The notes beneath the pieces are model-generated. The model had not been told where the DNA came from. It made no database searches and saw only the letters and a program-made list of their open reading frames with translations. The translations under genes were made by a program, and so were the position numbers. A stretch of DNA of 64,000 nucleotides from Desulfurobacteriaceae bacterium (GTDB lineage Bacteria > Aquificota > Aquificia > Desulfurobacteriales > Desulfurobacteriaceae). Location of the stretch: contig JAMOTD010000017.1 in assembly GCA_027068415.1 (NCBI GenBank), positions 3,074-67,073 on the forward strand. Direction: 5' to 3'. Of the stretch, positions 18,532-26,890 are shown piece by piece (positions within the stretch are counted from its first letter, which is position 1; every line of letters begins with the position of its first letter).

Positions 18532-18627
18532 TTAGAGGAGGTTGTCAAGCCTGTCGTAGAGCTCCTCAAGAAGGTACCACACCAGTGCAAAGATGATTAT
18601 CAGTAGAAATAGGCTTCCGAGAGCCAT
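18532..18627 (-). CDS. Candidate 31-aa single-TM peptide (not in ORF track)
   Basis: GGGGGA-att-ATG. Translation: MALGSLFLLIIIFALVWYLLEELYDRLDNLL. Shares TM plus WY.LE.L..(K/R)L with the ORF at 18346..18450. Confidence 0.35.
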   Translation of the reverse strand: MALGSLFLLIIIFALVWYLLEELYDRLDNLL

Positions 18628-18698
18628 AATTCCCCCGAATTTTTCTTAGCTCAATTAGGATAATATATTTACGATTCTATCAGATTCGGGAGGCAGAG

Positions 18699-18968
18699 TT
18701 GGAGGTTAAAGTAGAGCCGGGAAGGGTTTTCCTTAAACTGGATTCAGGAGAGGAGGCTTTTATAACTTTCGGAGTTGACCGGGAGAAAAGGGTTATAGTC
18801 GTCAGTACCACCTTCGTTCCCGAGAGCCATAGGGGTAAGGGGATAGCTGGCAAACTTACTGCAAAGCTCGTAGAGTACGCCGAGGAGAACGGATATAAGA
18901 TTTATCCCCTGTGCTCTTATACTCAGAAGTACCTTCAGAGAAAGAGACCCGACCTTTTAGCGGAGTAG
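18699..18968 (+). CDS. Small GNAT-like N-acetyltransferase (YjdJ-type)
   Basis: 89 aa; HRGKGIAGKLTAKLVEYAEENGYKIYPLCSY resembles the minimal GNAT-like family. Confidence 0.55.
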   Translation: MEVKVEPGRVFLKLDSGEEAFITFGVDREKRVIVVSTTFVPESHRGKGIAGKLTAKLVEYAEENGYKIYPLCSYTQKYLQRKRPDLLAE

Positions 18969-18972
18969 GGCG

Positions 18973-19758
18973 ATGGAGGTGGTGATAACGACAGACAGAA
19001 GGCCTACCCCCGAGATGATAAAGGAGGCCCGGGAGCTCTCTGAGAGGCTGGGAGCTCCCCTTGTAAAGCGCCGCCACAGGACGATAGCCTCAATAATGAG
19101 GGAATTCGGAAGGCCCGTTCTCGTTGTGGGTAAAGACCTCAACTTTACCCTTCACACCTTAAAGGACCAAAAGCTCTTCTTTCACCCCGGCCTCTTTAAA
19201 GTAAGGCTCGTTAACTACCTCTCAACGGGAAGGGAGTCTATGGTGGAGGCCATGGCACTTAAGGAGGGGGAGACCGTTTTGGACTGTAATCTCGGTCTTG
19301 CCCAAGACGCCCTTATGGCTGCCTTCGTAAGTAAGATGCCCGTAGTAGGCCTTGAGAAGGAGCCCGTTATCTACGAAATCGTTAAGAGAGGGCTTGAAAC
19401 CTTTAAACCCAAGGGGAAGTTAAAGGTTGCCGAGTTCGCCTATAAACTCGTTAAGCCCACTTTAGCCGATAACTATCAATTCCTTAAGAGCCAGCCCGAT
19501 AAGTCCTACGACATAGTCTACTTCTCTCCCATGTTCGTTAAGCCCAAGTGGAAAGACGGAGTTATGATGCCCTTCAGGGAGGTTGCCCCCAAGGACTTTG
19601 TCTCTCCCGAGGTTTTGAAAGAGGCCGAAAGGGTTGCAAGGAAGAGGGTTGTAATAAAGGTAAACAGGGGAGTGAAGGAGCTCTTCTCATACCTTGCCGA
19701 TTACTCCTCCCTTCCCTCCTCAACGAGGGTTGAGTACTTGTATAAAGAGGTTAAATAG
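18973..19758 (+). CDS. Class I SAM-dependent methyltransferase, RsmJ-like
   Basis: VLDCNLGLAQDALMAAFVSKMPVVGLEKEPVIYEIVKRGLE resembles the RsmJ motif (DATaGlG.D...la..G..V...E..P). Confidence 0.5.
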   Translation: MEVVITTDRRPTPEMIKEARELSERLGAPLVKRRHRTIASIMREFGRPVLVVGKDLNFTLHTLKDQKLFFHPGLFKVRLVNYLSTGRESMVEAMALKEGETVLDCNLGLAQDALMAAFVSKMPVVGLEKEPVIYEIVKRGLETFKPKGKLKVAEFAYKLVKPTLADNYQFLKSQPDKSYDIVYFSPMFVKPKWKDGVMMPFREVAPKDFVSPEVLKEAERVARKRVVIKVNRGVKELFSYLADYSSLPSSTRVEYLYKEVK

Positions 19759-19864
19759 CTCACTTATTGAGAATCTTAATCATTAAGAGGCAGATTTTCC
19801 TTGAAATTCAATACTATTTTCCTTAAAATCACGATAGAAAAACTCAATCAGTGGGAGGAGTAGA

Positions 19865-20371
19865 ATGGCAGAGACCGTAACTCTTAAGGGAAATCCCGTA
19901 GTTCTTGCAGGACCTACGCTCAGCGTGGGAGACGACGCTCCCGTTGCCTGCGTGGTTAAGAGCGACCTCTCCGAAAAGGCTGTGGGCGGAAAGAAGGAGA
20001 AAGTTCAGGTAATTATTACCGTTCCTTCACTTGACACCCCCGTTTGTGAAACCGAAACGAGGAAGTTTAACGAAATCCTTAAGGAGCTCCCCGTTGACGC
20101 AACAGTAGTTTCAATGGACTTACCCTTTGCAGAGAAGAGGTTCTGTGAGAGCTTTAACGTCGGGAACGTTGACGTTGCCTCCGACTTCAGGTACAGGGAC
20201 ATGGAAAAGTACGGAGTTTTAATCGCCGAAAGCGCACTCAAAGGCCTCCTTGCAAGGGCTGTTTTCGTAGTTGATAAGAACGGTAAAGTTGCCTACAAGC
20301 AGCTGGTTCCCGAAATTACTCAGGAGCCCAACTACGACGAGGTTGTAGAGGCGATAAAAAAGTTAATTTAA
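19865..20371 (+). CDS. tpx: Thiol peroxidase (atypical 2-Cys peroxiredoxin)
   Basis: VPSLDTPVCETETRKFN and LPFAEKRFC motifs. The 168-aa length fits. Confidence 0.85.
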   Translation: MAETVTLKGNPVVLAGPTLSVGDDAPVACVVKSDLSEKAVGGKKEKVQVIITVPSLDTPVCETETRKFNEILKELPVDATVVSMDLPFAEKRFCESFNVGNVDVASDFRYRDMEKYGVLIAESALKGLLARAVFVVDKNGKVAYKQLVPEITQEPNYDEVVEAIKKLI

Positions 20372-20627
20372 CGCTCCGGGGGCTCTCTGTCCCCTTCCTT
20401 GATAATCGGGCAGAAATTTTGTATTCCCCTTTTGGGGCTCCCCTTCCCGAAGAGAAAATTCATTCTCTCTTCGCCTAAGGGGTTTTTTAAACTTTGGTTT
20501 AATAGATTTCTGATAAAAGTTTGAAAATCTAATTTCTTATGGAAGAGGGGAACTTGACGAACTCCTCCCTTGAGGTAGACCCCTTCCTGTTGATTAAATA
20601 ACTTTCCATCCCCAATAGGGAGGAAGA

Positions 20628-22922
20628 ATGAACAGAATAACCGTAGTGAAGAGGAAAGGGGTAAGGGAGCCTCTCAACATTGAGAAAATCAGGAAGGTAA
20701 TCAACTGGGCTGCCGAAGGGCTGGACTTAAACCCCTTAAAGCTTGAGGCAAAGCTGAAACTCCACTTCTTTAACGGGATTACGACCCGCCAGATTCACGA
20801 GGCCGTTGTAAATACGGCACTCCATCTTACTACCCCAGAAGAGCCCGACTGGAGAATCTTAGCCGGAAGGCTCTTCATCTTTAACCTCTACAAAGAGGTT
20901 GCAATCAGGAGGGGAACCAGCAAGCTGGCCTACGTCGGCGGCGGAGAGGAGTACCTCAAGGTAGTTAAAGACTTAATAGAGAAAGGCCTCTACACTCCGG
21001 AGCTCCTTGAATCCTACACCGAAGAGGAGATTATTGAGGCCGGCGACTACCTGAAGCTCCGGTACGACTTCCTCTACGACTACGCAGGGGCAAACCTTCT
21101 TGCAAAAAGGTACCTCTGCGTCTACGAGGATTTCCCCATAGAGCTCCCTCAAGAGATGTACATGACAATTGCCCTGATGCTTGCAAAGAACGAACCGAAG
21201 GAAGTGAGGCTCAAAACTGCAAAGAAGTTTTACGACCTGATAGCCGGGAAGAAGCTTTCACTTGCCACCCCGATTCTCATTAACCTGCGCCGTCCCAACG
21301 GAAACCTCTCCTCCTGCTTCATTACGGCAATGGACGACAACCTTGACTCAATCATGTACACGGCAAACCAGGTTGCCCAGATTTCAAAGAGAGCAGGAGG
21401 AGTTGGGGTTAACCTCTCAAGAATCAGGGCTCAGGGCTCCTGGATTAAAAAGGTTTTCGGGGCAAGCGGCGGAATAGTTCCCTGGACCAAAATCCTTAAC
21501 GACGTTGCAGTTGCGGTTAACCAGGAGGGCAAAAGGGCAGGTGCGGTTACCGTGGCCCTTGACGTCTGGCACCTTGACATCTACGACTTCTTGGAACTTA
21601 AGACCGAAAACGGAGACCTAAGGCGCAAGGCCTTTGACATCTTCCCTCAGGTGGTAATCCCTGACCTCTTTATGGAGAGGGTAAAGTTCAACCAGGATTG
21701 GCTCTTAGTTGACCCCTACGAAGTTGAGAGGAAGTTCGGCTACAAACTCTACGAGCTGTGGGGAGACGAGTTTGAGAAGGCCTACATCCACATTGAGGCC
21801 GAGGCCGAAAAACTGAAGTTAAAGAAAAGGGTTAGGGCCAGAGAGCTCCTTAAGGAGATTTTGAAAACGCAAGTTGCAACCGGCCTGCCCTACATCTTTT
21901 TCAAGGACACCGCCAACCGCCTCAACCCCTTAAAGCACGACGGCTACATAGGCAACGGAAACCTCTGTATGGAGAGTTTCTCAAACTTTAAGCCCTCTAA
22001 AGGCTTTAAGACCTACGTGAAGGACGGTAAAATCATTAACGAGATAGAAGAGCCGGGGCTCGTCCACACATGTAACCTCCTCTCAATAAACCTTGCGAAC
22101 ATAGAAAACGATGCTGAGCTTGAGGAGGCAGTAAGGACTGCAGTAAGAATCCTTGATAACACCATAGAGCTAACCTCTCCTCCGATTTTAGAGAGTAAGT
22201 TCCACAACGACCGCTACAGAACAATAGGCATTGGGACACTGGGCCTTGCCGACTATCTTGCAAAGAGGGAAATTCCCTACGGAAGGCAGTCTTTGAAAGT
22301 TATTGACGAGCTCTACGAGAAAATTGCCTACTACGGAATTGACGAGAGCATTAACCTTGCTAAAGAAAGGGGAGTCTTCCCTGCCTACGAGGGCTCAGAC
22401 TGGAGCAAGGGAATAGTAATAGGTAAAGATGCCGAGTATTTAAGCGAAAAGACTACCCTGAAAGAGAAGTGGTTGGAGCTCCTTGCCAAGCTCAAGAAGT
22501 ACGGAATAAGGAACGGCCAGCTCTTTGCAATTGCTCCAAACACCAGCTCCGGCCTCCTTCAGGGTGCAACCCCCGGAGTTCTTCCGCCCTTCAGCAGGTT
22601 CTACATTGACAAGAACCAGAAGCAGGCCGTCCCGATTTGCCCTCCCTACATTAAGGAGAGGTTCTGGTTCTACAGGGAAAGCAAGTTTATGGACCAGAAG
22701 GAAGTTATAGACGTTATCTCAACTATTCAGAAGTGGGTTGATAGCGGAATTTCAATGGAGCTCCTATTCAACCTCAACCTCGGAATAAGGGCTAAAGACA
22801 TCTACGAAACCGTCCTCTACGCTTGGGAGAAGGGGATTAAGACCATTTACTACGTCAGGACTATTCAGAAAGATAGTCAAGGAGTTCTCAAGAAAGAGGA
22901 GTGTATCGCCTGCGCCAGCTAA
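20628..22922 (+). CDS. nrdA: Class I ribonucleoside-diphosphate reductase alpha subunit
   Basis: N-terminal ATP-cone (VVKRKGVREPLNIEKIRKVI), LSSCFI, NLCMES active-site segment, and C-terminal CIACAS Cys pair. Confidence 0.9.
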   Translation: MNRITVVKRKGVREPLNIEKIRKVINWAAEGLDLNPLKLEAKLKLHFFNGITTRQIHEAVVNTALHLTTPEEPDWRILAGRLFIFNLYKEVAIRRGTSKLAYVGGGEEYLKVVKDLIEKGLYTPELLESYTEEEIIEAGDYLKLRYDFLYDYAGANLLAKRYLCVYEDFPIELPQEMYMTIALMLAKNEPKEVRLKTAKKFYDLIAGKKLSLATPILINLRRPNGNLSSCFITAMDDNLDSIMYTANQVAQISKRAGGVGVNLSRIRAQGSWIKKVFGASGGIVPWTKILNDVAVAVNQEGKRAGAVTVALDVWHLDIYDFLELKTENGDLRRKAFDIFPQVVIPDLFMERVKFNQDWLLVDPYEVERKFGYKLYELWGDEFEKAYIHIEAEAEKLKLKKRVRARELLKEILKTQVATGLPYIFFKDTANRLNPLKHDGYIGNGNLCMESFSNFKPSKGFKTYVKDGKIINEIEEPGLVHTCNLLSINLANIENDAELEEAVRTAVRILDNTIELTSPPILESKFHNDRYRTIGIGTLGLADYLAKREIPYGRQSLKVIDELYEKIAYYGIDESINLAKERGVFPAYEGSDWSKGIVIGKDAEYLSEKTTLKEKWLELLAKLKKYGIRNGQLFAIAPNTSSGLLQGATPGVLPPFSRFYIDKNQKQAVPICPPYIKERFWFYRESKFMDQKEVIDVISTIQKWVDSGISMELLFNLNLGIRAKDIYETVLYAWEKGIKTIYYVRTIQKDSQGVLKKEECIACAS

Positions 22923-22927
22923 CCTTC

Positions 22928-22947
22928 GGGGGCTTGTGCCCCCTTTT
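22928..22947 (+). terminator. Intrinsic terminator after nrdA
   Basis: GGGGGC-TTGT-GCCCCC followed by TTTT. Confidence 0.6.
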
Positions 22948-22970
22948 AAAAACTAAATAACGGGGAGAGG

Positions 22971-23792
22971 GTGAAGCTGTTTATAACCCAGAACTCTTTC
23001 CTTTCCGTTTCACGGGGGATTTTGAAGGCAAAGGGAAGGGGGGAATGTCGGATACCCCTCAAAGAGCTTGAGGGAATAGGGCTTTTTGTCAACCTAAGGA
23101 GTTTTAAGACTTCTATTCTGCCGAAATTAAGGGAGAAAGGGATTTACGCTTTTTCGGTCCTTCCGGAAAAGGGGTTGGAGCTCTTCTCTTTTCCCGAGCT
23201 TTCCCCTTTTAACCTCTCCGTCCTTTCCTCCTACCTCTTTATTGAGCTTAAGGCCAAAGCGGTAGCTTCGGCTTTAAAGGGAATCGGCACTCTAAGCGGC
23301 TCTTCTCTTGAAGTTAAACCCTTCGTATCCGACGCCTTAAGGGTTTTAAGAGAGGTCGGGGGCATTAAAGGCTCTTTTGAGGTAAAAAGTCTAAACGGTT
23401 ATCTTGATAAAGCCCTTTACGGTTACCTTTTGAGGAAGCTGGAGTATGCACCTTTCCCCTCAAAGGATAAAGAACCCTATTTTGTTTCTCTCGTTCTTTA
23501 CTACAGGGAGGTTGTAAAGGGGCTTTTGGGATTCGTACTCCTTAAAGAGGGGATTAAGATTGAGAGGGAGCTCCAGGAGCTCCTTGGAAGTCTTTTAGAG
23601 CCCTTCGTAGCCTTTAAGAGCGCAGACGCTCTCTTTTCAACCCTTCTCCTTCCTGAAGATTTTAGGAAAAGGGGAGGTAAACTCTTTTTAAAGAGCTCAG
23701 CAGTTTCAGTTGCTGTTAAGGCCTTTATTGAGGGTTTCTTTTCAACTCAAACCCTTATGCCCGTAATTCTCTACCTGAGGGAAAGTAGATGA
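22971..23792 (+). CDS. Cas1-like protein, apparently lacking the catalytic His/Asp/Glu residues
   Basis: The N-terminus LFITQNSFLSVSRGILKAKGRGECRIPLKELEGIGLFVNLRSFKTSILPKLREKGIYAFSV has the Cas1 beta-domain pattern. The C-terminal ALYGYLL...VSLVLYYREVVKGLLGFVLL aligns by eye to Cas1 LNYGY...sLvlDLmEefRp.vvD with the acidic/His positions replaced. It sits directly upstream of cas2. Confidence 0.4.
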   Translation: MKLFITQNSFLSVSRGILKAKGRGECRIPLKELEGIGLFVNLRSFKTSILPKLREKGIYAFSVLPEKGLELFSFPELSPFNLSVLSSYLFIELKAKAVASALKGIGTLSGSSLEVKPFVSDALRVLREVGGIKGSFEVKSLNGYLDKALYGYLLRKLEYAPFPSKDKEPYFVSLVLYYREVVKGLLGFVLLKEGIKIERELQELLGSLLEPFVAFKSADALFSTLLLPEDFRKRGGKLFLKSSAVSVAVKAFIEGFFSTQTLMPVILYLRESR

Positions 23793-23793
23793 G

Positions 23794-24057
23794 ATGAGGT
23801 ACTTAGTAGTTTACGACATAGGGGATGACAAGGCCAGAGCGAAGTTTTCCAAGTTCTTGGAAAAGTTCGGGATTAGAGTTCAGCTGAGTTGTTTTGAAGT
23901 TGAGTGTGGCGAGGAGGATGTTAAAAGGATAGTAAAGAAGGCGGAGGAGCTTATTGAGCCTTCCTGCGACTCGGTCATTCTCTATCCTTTAACGGCAAAC
24001 TCCTTAAAGCAGGAAATAGTAATTAGGGGAGAGAGAGGGTGGAGTTCTTCGTTGTAA
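23794..24057 (+). CDS. cas2: CRISPR-associated endoribonuclease Cas2 family protein
   Basis: MRYLVVYDIGDDKARAKFSKFLEKFGIRVQLSCFEV is the canonical Cas2 N-terminal ferredoxin-fold pattern. 87 aa. Confidence 0.7.
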   Translation: MRYLVVYDIGDDKARAKFSKFLEKFGIRVQLSCFEVECGEEDVKRIVKKAEELIEPSCDSVILYPLTANSLKQEIVIRGERGWSSSL

Positions 24058-24344
24058 TCTACGACATCTTCTCCAAAGACCCTCAGAGAGGAGCCTGGTT
24101 CTCATGTGATTACTACAGGAGAGGCAGAGTTGCGAGGGAGCTCCTAAGGTTCGGCGTAAGGGTTCAGAGGAGCGTTTACGAGGTTTATTTAAACAAGAAA
24201 GAAAAGAGAAGATTTGTTGAAAACTTAAGAAAATTAACCATTGAAGGTGATAAGGTCTTTATCTATCTAATAGAAAAGAAGGTCAGAGACAGGAAGAAGG
24301 TTGTAGGAACACCTCTTTTCCCTAAAGACCTATTAATTATTTAG
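24039..24344 (+). CDS. Second, divergent Cas2 family protein
   Basis: FFVVIYDI...RGRVARELLRFGVRVQRSVYEVYL. GTG start overlaps the preceding cas2 by 19 nt. Confidence 0.6.
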   Translation: MEFFVVIYDIFSKDPQRGAWFSCDYYRRGRVARELLRFGVRVQRSVYEVYLNKKEKRRFVENLRKLTIEGDKVFIYLIEKKVRDRKKVVGTPLFPKDLLII

Positions 24345-24386
24345 AAGTGTTTAAATTTAGCATCTTGGTTTTCAAGTTGAACTCTT

Positions 24387-24935
24387 TCATTCTGTTTTTG
24401 CATTCCGATTTTGACTAAAATTATGTAAACCGCTTTTTCCATTTTTAGGTTTTAAGTTTGAGAAATGTCTTTCAAAGTCTTCTTTAGAAATAGGTATTAT
24501 TATTTCATTAATTTCTCCTTTTTGAACTTTTCTGATGTCTTCAAGGAATCTTAAAAGGGTTTTTCTCTCTTTCAGTTTTGAGTTGTTAAACCTGTTTTCA
24601 GGGTTGTTTTGAACCTGCCCCAATATACCCATTATCTCACTTCTGCTAATATCCTTTCTTAAAAGCTTTAATTTAGTATCAACCAATTCTTTCTCTTCAA
24701 CCTTCAACTTTATTGGAATTTCGTCCATACCCTTGCTGTACTCTCTATAGGCCAAAAAGGCCAAGACTGCCAATGCTACTGCTGAAGCAGTATCCAGTAC
24801 CGAGAAAAGTTCCCAAAGTTTAGTAAAGCTCTTAAAGCGGAAAAAGTCTCCTAAGAGACCAATAGCGAATGCTATTAAGACTATGGCTGCGAAAATTAAG
24901 AGTTCTTTATTCTTTTCCCAGTTCAAAAAGCTCAT
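24387..24935 (-). CDS. Hypothetical 2-TM membrane protein with charged cytoplasmic C-terminal domain (AT-rich islet)
   Basis: Two hydrophobic helices (LLIFAAIVLIAFAIGLL and ASAVALAVLAFLAY) followed by a ~110-aa K/E-rich domain. The base composition is clearly more AT-rich than the flanks. Confidence 0.5.
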   Translation of the reverse strand: MSFLNWEKNKELLIFAAIVLIAFAIGLLGDFFRFKSFTKLWELFSVLDTASAVALAVLAFLAYREYSKGMDEIPIKLKVEEKELVDTKLKLLRKDISRSEIMGILGQVQNNPENRFNNSKLKERKTLLRFLEDIRKVQKGEINEIIIPISKEDFERHFSNLKPKNGKSGLHNFSQNRNAKTE

Positions 24936-24995
24936 CTGTTCCTTCCTTTCGTTTGATTTGTAGTTAATTATAATTTAAGCTCTAAACTTTGAGAG

Positions 24996-25454
24996 GTGAA
25001 AGTGAAGTTTTTGATAGAATTTATAGCTACGGGCTTTTTTTCAGGGAAGCTTCCGAAAATGCCCGGTACTTGGGGCTCTATTTTAGCTGCCTTTCTTGTT
25101 TACCTCTTCTGGTCCAATAATGTTGCCCTTCAGCTATTGATAATTGGAATAACTTTCGCCCTCAGCGTGGTTTCGGCCGACTTTGTGGCAAAAGAGTCGG
25201 GGAACAAAGACCCCGACGAGGTTGTAATAGACGAGATTTTGGGGATAGAGCTAACCTTTTTCCTCCTCAATCCCCACGGGAACTGGAAGTTAGCCTTGGC
25301 CGGACTCGTTCTCTTTAGGATTATTGATATAATGAAACCGTTTCCTATTCGCCTTTTTGAGAGACTTCCCGGCGGCTGGGGAATTACCGTAGACGACGCA
25401 GTGGCCGGGATAATGGCCAACATTCTCCTTAGAATTCTCGGAGGGTTTCTTTAA
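24996..25454 (+). CDS. pgpA: Phosphatidylglycerophosphatase A
   Basis: GKLPKMPGTWGS, DPDEVVIDEILG, KPFPIR, GGWGITVDDAVAG. Confidence 0.8.
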   Translation: MKVKFLIEFIATGFFSGKLPKMPGTWGSILAAFLVYLFWSNNVALQLLIIGITFALSVVSADFVAKESGNKDPDEVVIDEILGIELTFFLLNPHGNWKLALAGLVLFRIIDIMKPFPIRLFERLPGGWGITVDDAVAGIMANILLRILGGFL

Positions 25455-26872
25455 TGTTTAAGAAGGTCTTGATAGCCAATAGGGGTGAGGTAGCAACAAG
25501 GGTTATAAGGGCCTGTAAGGAGCTCGGAATTCAAACCGTTGCAATCTACTCAGAGGCCGACGTCAACTCCCTCCACGTTAAGAAGGCCGACGAGGCCTAC
25601 CTCATTCACGGCGACCCCGTAAAGGCCTACCTCAACTACTACAAAATAGTTGACATAGCCAAAAGGGCGGGGGCTGAGGCGATTCACCCCGGCTACGGCT
25701 TCCTCTCAGAGAGGGCGGACTTTGCCGAGTACGCCAGAAAGCAGGGAATAGAGTTTATCGGTCCCTCGGTTGAACACCTAAAGGTCTTCGGCAGCAAGAT
25801 TGAGGCTAAAAGGTTAATGAAAGAGCTCGGAGTTCCTGTTGCTGAAGGAAGCGATGAGCCCGTTTCAGACCTTGAAGAGGCAAAGAAGATAGCAGAGGAA
25901 ATCGGCTATCCTGTAATGATTAAAGCAGCTCACGGTGGTGGTGGTAGGGGGTTAAGAGTTGCAAGGGACGAAAAGGAGCTTATCTCCCAGTTTCAGATAG
26001 CTGTAAAAGAAGCTGAAGCATCCTTTGGTAAGGGTGAAGTTTTTATTGAAAAATTCATAGAGAATCCTCGCCACATTGAGATTCAAATAGTTGCCGACAA
26101 GCACGGAAACGTCGTTCACTTAGGAGAGAGGGACTGTTCCCTTCAGAGGAGGCACCAGAAAGTTCTTGAGATAGCGCCCTCGCCGGTTCTAACCAGAAGG
26201 CAGAGGGAGAAGCTCGGAAGAATTTGCGTTGAGGCTGCAAAGAAAATCGGCTACTACGGGGTCGGAACCTGGGAATTCTTAATGGACAAGTACGGGAACT
26301 TCTACTTTATGGAGGTTAATCCCCGCCTTCAGGTTGAGCACACGATTACCGAAGAGGTTACAGGAATAGACATAGTTCAGGAGCAAATCAGAATAGCCGC
26401 CGGAATGGGCCTCTCCTTCTCCCAGAAAAGCGTCCAGATTAACGGCTTTGCAATGCAGTTTAGAATAAACGCAGAAGACCCCAAGAGGGACTTTATCCCC
26501 GTTCCCGGAACGATTACCGCCTACTACTCCCCCGGCGGAATCGGAGTGAGGATAGACGGCGTAGTTTACAAGGGTTACACGATTCCGCCCTACTACGACT
26601 CAATGGTTGCGAAGTTAATCGTCAGGGGAAGGAGCTGGGACGAAGTTATAAGGCGCTCCCGCAGGGCTCTCGGGGAGTTCGTAATCAGAGGCGTTCCGAC
26701 TACGATTCCCTTCTTTAAGAAAATCCTCAACGACCCCGAGTTCGTTAAGGGGCAGTTTGATACTTCGTTCATAGATAGGAAAATTAAGGACTTTACCTTT
26801 ATTGAAGAGACAGACCCGGAAGTCCTTGCCCTTGCAATATCTGCGGCAATTGCCGCCCATCACGGACTGTAA
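25454..26872 (+). CDS. Biotin carboxylase subunit (pyruvate carboxylase subunit A / 2-oxoglutarate carboxylase small-subunit type)
   Basis: MFKKVLIANRGEVATRVIRACKELGI, ATP-grasp GGGGRGLRV, EVNPRLQVEHTITE. Confidence 0.9.
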   Translation: MFKKVLIANRGEVATRVIRACKELGIQTVAIYSEADVNSLHVKKADEAYLIHGDPVKAYLNYYKIVDIAKRAGAEAIHPGYGFLSERADFAEYARKQGIEFIGPSVEHLKVFGSKIEAKRLMKELGVPVAEGSDEPVSDLEEAKKIAEEIGYPVMIKAAHGGGGRGLRVARDEKELISQFQIAVKEAEASFGKGEVFIEKFIENPRHIEIQIVADKHGNVVHLGERDCSLQRRHQKVLEIAPSPVLTRRQREKLGRICVEAAKKIGYYGVGTWEFLMDKYGNFYFMEVNPRLQVEHTITEEVTGIDIVQEQIRIAAGMGLSFSQKSVQINGFAMQFRINAEDPKRDFIPVPGTITAYYSPGGIGVRIDGVVYKGYTIPPYYDSMVAKLIVRGRSWDEVIRRSRRALGEFVIRGVPTTIPFFKKILNDPEFVKGQFDTSFIDRKIKDFTFIEETDPEVLALAISAAIAAHHGL

Positions 26873-26890
26873 TATCTGGAGGAGTAGCAG

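Noticed and set aside
20372-20627. 256-nt intergenic region upstream of nrdA, examined for NrdR boxes, a riboswitch or a small RNA
   Set aside because: I found only an 8-bp stem (CGAAGAGA...TCTCTTCG) without an adjacent U-tract. There are no recognisable NrdR-box palindromes or conserved riboswitch cores. This is insufficient evidence for a call.
22923-25000. Search for a CRISPR repeat-spacer array next to the cas1-like/cas2 genes
   Set aside because: I saw no direct repeats of 25-40 nt with regular spacing here or in the other intergenic regions (18200..18700, 20372..20627, 41222..41391). The intergenic space around the cassette is under 60 nt. An array elsewhere in the genome cannot be excluded.
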